Shown in pieces: positions 25,140-37,512 of a stretch of 61,147 nucleotides of DNA (its first letter is position 1; each line of letters opens with the position of its first letter). The stretch comes from Octopus bimaculoides (lineage: Eukaryota), in assembly GCF_001194135.2 (NCBI RefSeq), contig NC_068982.1, forward strand, positions 35,263,888 to 35,325,034, read 5' to 3'. The position numbers and the translations under genes were made by a program. The notes under the pieces were generated by a model. It saw only the letters and a program-made list of their open reading frames with translations, was not told where the DNA came from and ran no database searches.

Positions 25140-25510
25140 GCCAGAGTAACAGAAAAAACATCACCGTTCATTGGGACCTTAGTATTCAAACACTGATCGA
25201 TCTCTTCAGACCAATAGTCAAGATATTGCGGTAAAAAATATCGTTCACAAAACATGCCTGATCATAGATATGTCAATCCCAGCTGACTACAACACTTCTG
25301 TAAAAGCATTTGAAAAGTTAAGCAGATACAAGGGCCTTGAAATAGAGGTCTCAAAACTTTGGCATCTAAGAACAACTGCACCTATGTTTATCAAAACTTT
25401 GGGGACAATATCAAATAGCGCTCTTAACACTATGACCAAATACCAGGAAAACACAAAGTATCAGAACTACAAAAAGCTGTTCTCGTGGGTATAACCCACC
25501 GTCTAAGAAA
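25140..25510 (+). mobile_element. R4/Dong-clade LINE RLE 3' fragment
   Basis: HWD..IQTDR..TCLIIDMSIPADYNTSVKAFEKLSRYKGLEIEVSKLW. Preceded by the long (TAA)n at 24975-25083. Confidence 0.8.
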
Positions 25511-26519
25511 GACATTGTCAAAACTGAAAATACCTGATTCTATTAAAACTCTTTCAAAACTGAAATATTACAAATTTGAAAAGAATCTTAGTTCTCAGAT
25601 TCTGGTCTCCTTCTCCTACAATACATCGTTGCTAATCATAAATAACACCCATAGTAAAAGGTTCAATTTGCTATTACTAGAGGTTTCTGGGTGAAGCGTG
25701 GAGCAACCCGTATAAAACAAAGCAACAACCAAGTAAATTATCAATAATAATGATAATAAAGTACAAGTAAATACTGTTAAGATTTGTCAAATATTTGTCA
25801 AAATTGTGTCAAATCAAATCTGGAAATAATCGATATTTTCATGCCATTATAGCAATAATAAGGCGACCACAAATCGAATAAGATATTGGTGTAATTTTCT
25901 TGTCTGTACTTGTATCATATACATTCTTACTTTTCCCATGCACTGCTATTTGCTTTTTTGTTTGTTTGTTTCTTTCTTTGTTTTTAGTACAACTCCGACC
26001 ACAACAGCCATTGACGGTCATAACAACAACAGCAACAACGACAGCAGAAGTTACAGTAGCAGTAGTTGAGATAAGTAGCTCATATAGCGAGAGGATCAAT
26101 ATGAGTACAGCCTCTACTAGAAGGAGAATAGTACCAGATAGTAGTTATTCAATTGGTAGACATGACTCATCGCTATCGGAAAAACGAAATTTTATGGTAT
26201 GGTGTTTGAAAGAATTGTTCTTTATTATTATTAACATTAGTATGGTTGTTGTTGTTGTTGTTGTTGCCGTTGCTGTTTGTGTTTATTGTTTTATTTTTCT
26301 AACTTTTTACCCCAGCTAATTTCTAAAAATGGAAATTACGTACACTTGTTGATAAATGGGCGGATTCGAGCAAGATCAACAATGGACCCAGCCATGTATT
26401 CTACACCTCTCATCTCAAAGAACCACACACACAACACACACACACGCACACATTCATGTACATAAATGCATATGCACACACACGCGTGCGCATTCATATG
26501 CACACAGAGAGGGAAACAT

Positions 26520-27170
26520 GCTAAAAGCTTTTTACGAGTAACTTGAATATATTACAATAAATGGATATTATAGAAACAACTAAATAACTATTTTAAAATC
26601 ATATAAAAATCATCCAAAATTCTAAAAGATAATTCTAAGAAAGAAAAATAAAGGGCCACTTCAAGCAAATATAATGTTTAGACGAAGTACTTTATAAGTA
26701 AGGAAGTGTTTTACTGGGAATGTGGTTATGTCTTTCTCTCGCTATCGAACAAGATCCTCTCCACTGCACTCTAGTTCGAGAGTGTATTAGGATTTGCTAA
26801 TAGCAGAATAACTCAAGTCTTGATGTTATATATAATGTTGTGTGCTGACGGTTTTGCAATATGCAATCTAGTAAAAACTTGATCTAGACCCCTCACTAGG
26901 CTAACCTGGTGAGGATGATTGCTATGAATCCAGTACGACAAATACAAAGCCTGCCAAAAGAACAGATGGACTAGGTATATAGTCAACGACTCTAAAGCAA
27001 CAGTGTACGAGGATATAGAAATATTCGAGACGCTGAACGTGCACTTGAGCGACAGATAATCTTGTACTCTTTAGCCATGAGATGAAGGCAAAGTTGCTTA
27101 TCCATGAAAGGATCATTCCGAATAATAAGCTGATAAGTCAAATCATTCCATCGGTGTTACTTTGGCATAC
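26520..27170 (-). pseudogene. 7TM remnant (TM3-TM7) of a family-B/Mth-like GPCR (copy C)
   Basis: ORF 26922-27116 SNFAFISWLKSTRLSV...YIPSPSVLLAGFVFVVLDS resembles TM3-TM4. Further on, VILLLAN (TM5), SLLIKYFV*TLYLLEVALYFSFL (TM6) and YIQVTRKKLL (end of TM7). The 5' side is interrupted by the telomere-like-repeat element. Confidence 0.4.
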
Positions 27171-27204
27171 GGTCTACCGCAACGTCCATAGTCTACGCTC
27201 TGAA

Positions 27205-27540
27205 ATGACCGGATCTGAGTTAGGATTAGAGTTTAGGGTGAAGGTAGGGTTTGGGGTTACGGTTCAGGGTTAGGGCTAGCGTTAAGGTTAGAGTTAAGGT
27301 TTGGGGTTAGGAGCAGAGTTAAGTTTAGACTACATGCTAAAGTGCAAACAGCTACATAGACCACACGCGAAGGTGGTACCATATGATCTTTATTTACGAC
27401 AAGTTATAGTACTTACTGTTATTTTGTTTGCTTTGCTTGCGCTGATTTTGCATCTGAAAGAAGAAGTCGGTGGGATGAAACGTTCTTTTAGGTCTTAACG
27501 TTCTCTTAGCCATAACGTTCTTTTAGGTCTTATACATGTG
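27205..27540. repeat. Element carrying a degenerate (TTAGGG)n-like array and a 17-18-bp tandem repeat
   Basis: 27219-27329 reads ttaggattagagtttagggtgaaggtagggtttggggttacggttcagggttagggctag...; 27479-27532 contains aacgttcttttaggtctt twice plus a variant. Confidence 0.6.
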
Positions 27541-27796
27541 AAGGTGTTGCTTTTTAATACAGATGGTCGGTTCACATATAAGTTCATTCAGCTTCTTCCA
27601 TGTACAGATAAAGCTTTTAATTTATATGGTTTCTAGTTGTCAAGGTTTCTTCGATGCAATGTCGATCGCAGCCATCTGGTGATCGTGAAATATGTCGTTT
27701 GATTCCAGTTGGTGATTCTCTTCACATTTTGTTTCATTTAAGGAGTATTTTATGCAATATACGCATTGTGCTATTATTTATAGCTTCATTTTTCAA

Positions 27797-28010
27797 GGCA
27801 CCGAGCTGGCAGAAACGTTAGCACGCCGGACGAACTGCTTAGCAGTATTTCGTCTGTCTTTTCGTTATGAGTGTTCAAATTCCGTCGAAGTCCACTTTGC
27901 TTTTTATCCTTTCGGAGTTAATAAATTAAGTACCAGTTGCGTACTGGGTCGATCTAATCGACTGGTCCTCTCCCCCAAAATTTCGGGCCTTGTGCCTAGA
28001 GTAAAAAAGA
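27797..28010 (+). mobile_element. SINE-A
   Basis: ggcaccgagctggcagaaacgttagcacgccgg.. through cttgtgcctagagt. Confidence 0.85.
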
Positions 28011-28917
28011 TTTTTATAGCTTCATTTGCATTTAAGCAGCTGCTTTAAAAAGTGTATTTTCAAATTTCTTCATAGTTCAAAGGAATCAAAGCAAACACAT
28101 GTATATGTATATAACTGTGTGTGTCTTACAGAATTGTAAATCTTTTTCTGTAATTTCAGCCCTTCTGTCTTTTCCAAATTTTTTTTCTCCTTTTTATTAA
28201 ATCTCCTGAATTGTAACTGAAACTCGCAAGCTGATTGCGAAAAAATATTATAAAATTAACTCTACTCCCAGAACTATTGAGTACTGTATGTAGGAAGCGA
28301 ATAAGCACATTATATACATATGTAAATGCATATATACACAAAAAACATACACACACATTATTATCGATAGATAGATAGATAGATAGATAGATATAATCAT
28401 ATACACATACATATGCAGACATATATGTGTGTAATATATATGGTATATATGTGTACATGTGGGGAGTGTTTGTGTATGTATGTATGTGTGACTGTATGTA
28501 TATATGTAAATATATATATTTTATGTATGAATATATGTACATGTGTGTATGTGTGTGCGTGTGTGTGTGTCTTTGCGTTTGTGTCTGTACCTCACCACCA
28601 CTTGACAACTGCTGTTGTTGTTTTTTTTTCTACGTATTTGGAACATTGCGGTTCAGTAAAAGAATGCCATAGAAAAAGTACCAGGATCTGGAAAAAAAGT
28701 AAGTAGTGGAGTCGGATTGTTCGACTAAACCTTTCAAGGATGTACCCTAGCATGACTGCAATCCATGACTGAAACAATCAAAAGATAAAGAATATCATAG
28801 CCATCCATAAACTATGACAAACGATGGAAGGGTTACACTTGAGTATGCGCTTGATCAAAAGTCAGTTCGATCTCGGCTGCCGTGGAAATAAACATCAACA
28901 TTTTATGTAAATTAAAC

Positions 28918-29130
28918 GGCGGCGGGCTGGCAGAATCATTAGCACGCTGGACGAAATGCTTAGCCGTATTTCGCCCGTCCCTACGTTCTGAGTTCAAATT
29001 CCACCGCGGTCGACTTTGCCTTTCATCCTTTCGGGGTCGGTAAAATAAGTACCAGTGAAACACTGGGGTCGATGTATTCGACTAGCCCCCTCCCCCAAAA
29101 TATCAGGTCTTGTACCTGTAGTAGGAATGA
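28918..29130 (+). mobile_element. SINE-A
   Basis: Full-length match to the family consensus. Confidence 0.85.
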
Positions 29131-29379
29131 TATTATGTAAGTTAAATAGAAGTAAGGAATTAAGGAATAAATGTGATCAATGTCGGTCAGGCTTCTCTCA
29201 GAGATGTCTCGCCCCTTGCAGGAACTGTAGGAGTTACTCAGAAATGTTGCAAGCCCTTCTAAACCAATCACATTCTATGACACTATCGGGAGCCCTTCCG
29301 TATCGTCAACAGATATCTGAAACTCGCAAGCATTTTGCTCCTTATCCTGTACGCTTCCCTTAAGTGGAGCGGTGAGGAC

Positions 29380-29660
29380 TGAAGTAGTATTCGCCTGTGG
29401 AAGGGTTCCACTTGAGGTCCTTTATCAACTATAGCCACCTTGAACTAGTTTCAACTACTGTTCCTATCTCCTTGCTGGTTTTCCTTAGATGTTTAGGAAA
29501 CAGCACAATAGCACACCGCTCCAGCTGGAAAATAGCATCACCCGACTTCAACAGGTAACGATACTGCGTGCCATCCCTTGACAAGGAACTCATCAACCAA
29601 CTCCTAAACATCAACTTTGCTTGTTTAGTTTCCTCAATCTCGAACTTCCTTGTCATTGTA
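29380..29660 (-). mobile_element. Hero/R2-like RLE non-LTR retrotransposon 3' fragment
   Basis: ELVDEFLVKGWHAVSLPVEVG followed by VETSSRWL*L..LKW, matching the GW..PVEVG(CRGF)...SRWLWL..W C-terminus of Hero-type RLE domains. Confidence 0.6.
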
Positions 29661-30160
29661 GTGTTAATACTGAAACTATTATTATTAATTATCGAAGAGA
29701 AACTTAATACTTCTTCTCATATATAATACAAGCTGACCAATGGCGTTAATTTATGTTTATACAACTTTTTCCTTTGCTTTTTTTATTTGTTTTTGATTTT
29801 CTTGACAACTATTTTAACAGTTTTATAGGTGTTCATTTGACTATTTTGTTTTTGTTTTTGTGTTTAGTTTCACCAATATGTAATTTATGTATTCGTTTAC
29901 TGTTCTATTTATTGCACTTTTAGTTTAAAGCTCTACGAGAATAGTTAATTAGCCATAAACTACAATTCCGCTTGACAAACTTAATAGGAATTTTGTCAAC
30001 AAACTCTGACTTTGATGAAATAGATTCGTCACTATCACATATAATACTGTATTTATACATGTTTATAGAAATGTACTTATTTCTGCAACGTTGTATTTGC
30101 ATAAACACAACGGCGCAAAATATATGAATGCTCACTGATCTTATTGTTTCACACTCGCAG

Positions 30161-30202
<42 letters not shown>

Positions 30203-31354
30203 ATGCGTGCATGTGTATGCGTGTATGTGTAAGTGAGGCAGAAAGAGAGAGATCCATTCTGTTACATTCTGTCCCTTAGAGGAGAATTGAGTGTTAAAAA
30301 TGCCGTTGTCCACACACATAATATAATGCATATATATATATAAACATACACATACATATGTATATATATATATATATATAAGCAGTAGAGATACAAACAT
30401 AGCAAACTTATCAACTTCTCTGTAGGTTGGAAAAAAGAATGAAGAGCCGTAATCAATTTTCATCTCTTATTGAGGTCTCATCAGAAGTATCTACATCACT
30501 TGACTAACCCGAGAGATATAAGCAAACTGCCTGTTTATGTATACAATAAAGCCAGAAACTTAAGAGAACAGAGGTTACTAATTTGCATACCATAAGTGTT
30601 TATCAATTTATTTAATATCAGCGACCAATGAACGGGGATCCCAGTCCACACAGTATCGAGTTATGATAAATGTAAACCTACATAGACATACAAACATGGG
30701 GAAATTAACTTCTCATATATTCATTTACAGGCTCATATACTTATTTACAGACTGTATGAGCAAAATTATATCTAACCGTATAACCAACACCACGCGGATC
30801 AGAAATTGTGTAAAAACCTCGAAATCTCCACAAAACCCACGAAAATTATCTGTAAACAACAAGTAAACAACAAGAGCACAAACCACGGACATTAACAACG
30901 AGCAAAGACCTGACAACAGAATGAAATCCAATTTAACACATCTGCTGTCTAACAAATATTATCGTGATTTCGACACTTAAAGTATGATCACTACTTCCGT
31001 TGGGGTAAAAGGGCCTTAGAAGAAGATCAAAAGTTGTAAATATACCAACCAAATGTCTGTACCGGGTCCAAAATTATGAATATGCATATTTCAAACATCA
31101 ACACGTACAGCACAATTGAAACATTAATATGTTATACACTGTTAGGTCATCATTGGTATTTCAGTGTAAGATTAGATGTCTTTATATATTGGTTTCAAAT
31201 TTTGGCATAAGGCCAGCAATTTCCCTCGACAATATTAATTGGTACTATAGTAAATTATAAATGTTATAAATTTTCTTTACCACACCAAAATTTATCCCTA
31301 GTGGGTACAAGTTTTAGTACTTATCACTTTTTTCATATAACATTCACTGACAAG

Positions 31355-31725
31355 ATGTCAGGTAAAACGCTTAGACGATCTGGGTTCAAATTCCGCAGAG
31401 GTCGACTTTGACTTTCAACCTATCGGGGTTAATAAAATAAGTATCTGTTGAGCAGGAGTCAAACTAGTCGACTAGCCCCTCTTCCAAAATTTCAGCTCCT
31501 GTGCCTATAATAAAACGGATTATTATTGTTATTATTAAGCATTTGGGATGAAATGCTTAACGGCATTTCTTCCGGTTTTACGTTCTGAGTTCAAATGCTA
31601 CCAAAGTCGACTTTGCTTTCATCCTTTCGGGATCAATAAAATAAATACAAGTTGAGCACTTGAAGTCGAATTAATCAACTTATCACCTCCCACCAAACTG
31701 CTGGCGTTGTACCAAAATTTGAAAT
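31355..31725 (+). mobile_element. Two tandem SINE-A copies inside GPCR pseudogene copy A
   Basis: Copies at ~31355-31525 and ~31545-31725 joined by att repeats. Confidence 0.8.
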
Positions 31726-32447
31726 CATTTTTCTTTTCGTTTCAAAGTTGTACTATGGGAAAAATCTTTGTTTGACTATAAATAGTTTGAAGCAAAAAAA
31801 AAAAAACATTTTTGCGTAAATATAGGTTACCTGATTCCAGCAACAATTAAATTAATTTTATTTGATAGTACAAGCCTTTCTCTTCTCCCTTAAAGAAGAA
31901 AGATCAAAACTACGTGTACAAAGTATCGAATCAAAAGAACCTGATCAAAGAGTACATTTTCCAACTTTATTGACACGCTATTGGACAATAATAGTAATCA
32001 ATAATCGATTGATGGTGACCTTAAAATCTCGCTAAATGACTTCAATTACTGTTTTACTCAAAAGAATTGATCAAATGAAAGGTTCTCTAGCCAAAGGTAA
32101 TCCAGACAAAAATGAGACGGGAAGATTCAAGAAATCAAAGACGCTTTAACATGAATTGTTCCTTAGACGATAATATTAAACACTATGAAGCGCTATAAAC
32201 TGATGATGTGACTCTGCCAGCTCGATATAATTCTAGAATCAAAATATCCCTTTCGGTTTTTGTTCGATATTTTTATTAAAGTTGAAAGTTTGGATAGATA
32301 TAGTCTTTTTTCAACGAACATCAATTCATATATTTTACTTATTCAAATCCGTTGAAATCGTCAAAGAAGTAATCGTATCAGTTATCATATATAACCTGTC
32401 AGCAATCTCTTACTCCACCCTCATCTGAATCAATACATTTTCGTCTG

Positions 32448-32680
32448 TTGCTGAAAATATCTCAGACAGCGTTTCTGGGTCTTCATATACAACACCTTTA
32501 ACCAAACGTGCACATCCTCTATGAAACCTTAGAAATATTACGTAATGAAAGCATAGCTGCCTTTTGCTGCAAGTATATCAGATAATGTTTCTGGATATTC
32601 GTACACAAAATCTCTAGTCAGACGTATACATCCTCTATGAAGCCTTAAAAACAACATGTAATAAGGGCATAACTCTTTAA
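32448..32680 (-). repeat. 116-bp tandem duplication encoding a ~39-aa repeat on the minus strand
   Basis: tcctctatga occurs at 32515 and 32631. The units translate YMLFLRLHRGCIRLTRDFVYEYPETLSDILAA and YVIFLRFHRGCARLVKGVVYEDPETLSEIFSA. Confidence 0.75.
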
Positions 32681-33349
32681 TGTCATTGACAAGCATCAAA
32701 ACACAAACGCAATATATTTCAAGAAAACCTTTCAAAATGTACCGTGCCCTAATAGCTCGCGAATATTATTGCAGTTAAAACTATTGCACTCCCTAAATTC
32801 CGTGACTTCTTATCTCTGATGATTCTCTTTGTGACCACACATAATATATAGCCAAGCGCCCTTCATCAATGTTTAGGAGTACTGTGGTTGATAGAAAACT
32901 TTGTTTCACGCCACACTAGAGTATTGCTGGCACATCTGGTAGGAAACACTGAAAATACAATTTCATATTGCGAACTTCATCAACAAAAAGGAATCAATGT
33001 GATAAACAAGCATTTTCTTATTTAATAACAAACCGACGAAAGAGTCTTTATGTATCACTCGCCTTGCTAGAAATAGCAGCCAAATTTTTCCCGAACTACA
33101 CTTTTTTTTTTATGAAAGAGAAGGCTACATTAGATAATGTAGTTCTAGACGTCTCTCAAAGAACGGCATGATCACTGATGGAATGCCTTCGTTTGTAGGT
33201 CTACCTGATTAGAGTTGACAAGGGTACTTTATTTATCGATCCCGACAGATTATAAGCTGAATTCAGAGTATAGAGATCCGGAACGAATACCGTAAGGCAT
33301 TCTATGGGAAGCTCAAACGATTCTGCCAACAAGCTGCCTTATGCATTAG

Positions 33350-36300
33350 ATAAGATCATCTTATCGCTAAGTTATCCAATATTGTCAGTTTCTTTACTAC
33401 ATTGTTGAGTTCTCTGGAGTCAATTTTATCTTAAGAAAAGATTCGTCTCTCAATTATAAGCATCTAATCAATAAACTAACCATTAAAACCATATTCTCTA
33501 TTCAATATTTTTGCTTTTACGAAGCGGTAATGAAATAAATTTGTACACCATATGATATAGTTTTGCAATTACTTAGACTTACATTCATTAAGCGAAAGCG
33601 GAATTTACATTTTAATAGTTGTGTTGTTAAAAGTTTTACACTTGAGATTATTTCCTGCGAACAAAGAAGTCATCTAAAAATAATGCATTGGTGTCATTAA
33701 GAAACATGTCTGCTTGCCTTGTGAGTTGAACATACAAAGAAGGTTTCAATTTATTCTTCAATCCTAATACAATCTTATAAATTTTTACTTTCTTTACAGA
33801 ATATATAAATCTGCTTCCCCACACATTTGTCTTGTGAATGTGAATGTTTGAAGACCCCAATAACGATATCTTGCACTTCGTCGGTTACGACAACGAGGAT
33901 TCCAGTTGATCCGATCAACGGAACAGCGCGCTCGCGAAATTAAATACAGGTACAATTCATTTTTGCCAGCTGAGTGGATTGGAGCAACGTGAAATAAAGT
34001 GTCTTGCTCAAAGACACAATGAACCCCCGGGAATCGAACTCACGATCGTGAGCCGAATACCCTGGCCACAAAGCCACACGCCTTCACGCTTAAGAAATAC
34101 AACCGCACTGAGATATTAAGTTCCATTCTAAATTAATGAGGAAATATTGACCGCAAATATTTCACACTATCGTTTTTCAAGCATGGATGATACACATATT
34201 ATCATCTGTGTAATCATAGCAAGACACCTTGAGTAAATGTACATTATGTTATTTCCACATACAGAAGATAATGCATGAAATTTAAAATTTAGTAAATGAC
34301 ACATTTTCTTATTTTACGTCTGCTATCTCTGGTCAGTGAGAATAGCTTGAGTCCTTCAGCTATAATCACCTGTGCTTTCAAAATTTCTTTTGGTTTAAGG
34401 TGAATCAAACGAAGAAACAATTACTTTTTTTGCCACATAAGATTTTCAGAAACTTAACAATCAAAATATAAATTAGCGTGTCTAAAACCCGGTAAACCTT
34501 CCTAATAAGGCCTGAAATATTGACAAACGGTGCTCATCGAATACCTCGACTTCAGTTTTCAACTGCTATTTATTTTATCGACCTCGAAGAGATGAAAGGT
34601 AAAGTCAACCTCAGCGGAATTTGAACCCAGAACGTGAAGATGAGCGAAATGGCGTTAGGTATTTTGCCCGGCGTGTTAACGATTCTGCAAGTTCGCTGTC
34701 TTAATAATTCTTTCTACTACATGTACAAGGCTTGAAATACTGTGACGGGAGGGTAATCGATTAAATCGACCTCTGCTCTTAAGGCCAAGTCGACCTCGGT
34801 GGAATTTGAACTCAGAAAATAAAAAACCAAAAGAAATGCCGCAGATGCCGCCTTAATAATATTGGTTTCAAATTTTGGTACAAGGCCAGAAGTTTTGGGG
34901 GAAGAGTAAGTCGATTATATCGCCACCAGTGCTCAATTGGTACTTACCTTACCCAAACCCAGTGCTCAACTGGTACTTATCTTATCGACCCCGAAAGGGT
35001 GAAAAAAACAAAATTAATTGCTGTGGAATTTGAACTCTGAACGGAGGGAGTCGGAAGAATACCGCAAAGCATTTTATGCGGCATGCTAACGATCTTGCCA
35101 GCTCGCCGCCTTAATAGTTCATTCTATTATAAGCACAAAGTCCTGAAATATTGTGGGAAGGGACCAGTCGATTAAATAGTCCCTGTGCTTAACTGGTACT
35201 TATTTCATTGACCCCGAAAAGATGAAAGGCAAAGTCAACCTCGGTGTGATTTGAACTCAGAACGGAACAAGCCAGAAGAAATGACACAGACGCCGCCTAA
35301 ATAATATTGACGAGTTTATTGTTATTGTTTTACTGCTATAGTTTCTATCAAGTATGTAGTCAATTCCGTCTAACTTATAGACTTCAGGTGTCTCCATTTC
35401 CGAAAACAACGATTCAATTTCCTTATTGTGCAACAAGACACCCAGAAACAAATCAAACGCCAAATACTGTACAATGCAGGTGATCACAAACATCTACTGA
35501 ATTCAATTTATTAAAGTCTACCATGGTTCTAATTCAGTGGCAACATTGGAAACGAATGAAGTTTACGGAAATTGTTGCGTATATCATAAGAGCAGTAAAT
35601 GATCACAGCCTTTCATGGTTCTTCAATTCCATTTAATCTATCTTTATAGTTATAGTTGTATACATGTACAACTTCATGTATGTATCAGTATGCAGTCTGT
35701 AATGCCATGTTTATATGTTAAAGCATGTGTGTGTGTGTGTGTGTGTGTGAAAGAATGCATTTGCCAATACCGTATGTGTTTATGTATGCAACTCTTTCTG
35801 TTAACATTATCTGTTACTGCTAACTTATGTGTGTAGTAGCATTCCTCTTCGTTACGGTGATTTTTAGCAAAATCGATGAAGCCTGAAATATTTTGGCAGC
35901 CGATCCAGCTATTGACCAGTTAATAATTCAAAATTTTTCAAAACTCGGTATTTTCAATGTCTAATCTATAATCGAAAAACGAACAGCGAAGCCTAAATTA
36001 CTAATATATATTTTAAACAGTACGAATATCATTATCATGAGTACATACTTCAGACTTATACCACCTGCCATATAGGATTAAATTTTATTATAACATCGCC
36101 ATTTCGAAAGACATATTTTACATCCTGTCTATGTTTTTATTTATTACTTTTTTTCTTTGAACATTCAAGTAAGCATACGTGAGGAAGGTTGTAATGACCT
36201 TGCTTCTAACGCTCAGATTTATTTCTGTCGACTAAATACTGACACAACCAATTCTATTATTACATAGTCAAGTTCGAGTTATATATTAATATATATTAAT

Positions 36301-36550
36301 ATACTGCTACAAGTATTAAATGGCTACTTAAAAATAATTACGCAATGAAGAAAAAACATTATATTTAACAGATACTATTAACGTGGCTATGAATTTTTCT
36401 TTATACAGATGGTGTCTTTGGGTAATTCTCTCATTAATCGATTCTCTTTCAACTCTTCTTAAAAATATAAACAATCCAGTTACAAACACTCAAGACACGG
36501 TTACAAAAAGCATAGATAAAATTCACCTGCAATTTTCACTAATACTTTAT
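33350..36550 (-). pseudogene. Scattered LRR/LRRNT-like remnants, possibly the upstream ectodomain of copy A
   Basis: ORF 33648-33860 (QLTRQADMFLNDTNALFLDDFF), ORF 35257-35493 (LHNKEIESLFSEM..KLDGIDYILDRN) and ELPKDTICIRKIHSHVNSI (~36430-36355). All are minus strand and separated by SINE insertions. Confidence 0.3.
34555..35300 (-). mobile_element. Tandem array of four SINE-A copies (minus)
   Basis: Repeated gaaaggcaaagtc(a/g)acctc..ggaatttgaac blocks at ~34595, 34790, 35020 and 35225. Confidence 0.8.
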
Positions 36551-36688
36551 ACTAAGCAAAAAGGTTTGCTGTCATCATCTCTGCCACTGTCCTGTTACTT
36601 GGGCCTTAGTGTACACCGGTCAGTTGGTGACCCTTGACCCTATATAAAAATTTCTATTGCATGATATAATTTGTACCTTCCCCACTGT

Positions 36689-36732
<44 letters not shown>

Positions 36733-36959
36733 GGTATACTTGTTGCCATGAATAAGTATCAGTGCGTAGTTTCGATCTACAGATTTCGAAATTAAGAGCA
36801 CTGCACGCTCCCACGGCGCCACTCTGTTCAACGAGAGATTAGAAAAATATGTAATGTATTATTTCTTTCATTGTCTGTTTTGGGTTACATTACTTCTATT
36901 ACATCATACATCATATGTTATTTATTTATTTCTATGCACTGGACAGTGTCAAATGTCAT

Positions 36960-37350
36960 TAGTTCGTCCGTCGTTGACACCTCTGTAGGCGCAGCTTCGC
37001 AAAAAATGGCGGTCTTCTGCTTGCGTTTCCGAGGTATCACAGCTGATCTCAAAGCTCTTCAATTAGGCTTTGAGTGTGTCCTTGAAGCGCTTTTTCTGTC
37101 TACCTTGCGTGTGTTTGCCTTTTGATAATTCACTGTAAAACAGTTTCTTGAGGAATCGCGAGTCAAGCATTGAAACAAGGTGGCCTGCTTACCTGACCTG
37201 TGTTCTCCTCAGCAGCGTGTAAATGCTTGACAGATCAGCTCGAAAGAGGACCTGTGTCTAGGGCCTTCACTCGTTACCTGATTTTCTACAGCTTCTTGGG
37301 CAGTTCATTTAGTAACTACACAATGCATGCTGCAGCACTAGAGTGTTAAT
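36960..37350 (-). mobile_element. RTE-clade LINE 3' fragment
   Basis: Minus translation AGHLVSMLDSRF..LFYSELSKGKHTQGRQKKRFKDTLKA*LKSFEI..AEDR resembles the RTE C-terminus (RWAGHV.RM...R.PK..FY.EL..G.R..GRQKKRFKD). Confidence 0.75.
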
Positions 37351-37512
37351 TTACCTCCTGAAAAATGACTCGAGAAACCATATGCATAGATCAATGCGTA
37401 GCAAATTTTTCTTGGTGTCTCTTCATTTGCCTTTTTTCTGATCAGGCAGAAGCAAATCAGTTTTACAAGTATTTCCCCGGCGTAGCATAGCAAGCGAACT
37501 TACTAGTAAATG

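Larger units (their letters stand above)
29920..32950 (-). pseudogene. Decayed LRR-ectodomain + family-B/adhesion(Mth)-like 7TM GPCR pseudogene (copy A); the ectodomain may extend to ~36550
   Basis: Minus-strand stitched translation. LRR-like: NKNIEQKPKGIF (32277-32242), FDFLNLPVSFLSGLPL (32139-32092), RLVLSNKINLIVAG (~31880-31835). TM2-like: LSGLCSLLMSVVCALVVYLLF (ORF 30725-30955). TM4/ECL2: VWTGIPVHWSLILNKLINTYGMQISNLCSLKFLALLY (30651-30541). TM6 is split by a (TA)n tract: KFAMFVSLLLI..ILCVWTTAFL (30409-30295). TM7: RSVSIHIFCAVVFM (30141-30100), then a C-tail to the stop at 29920. Many stops and frameshifts; SINEs inserted at 31190-31725. Confidence 0.55.

Noticed and set aside
27219-27329. 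True telomere or chromosome end
   Set aside because: The array is short, highly degenerate and flanked by ordinary sequence on both sides.
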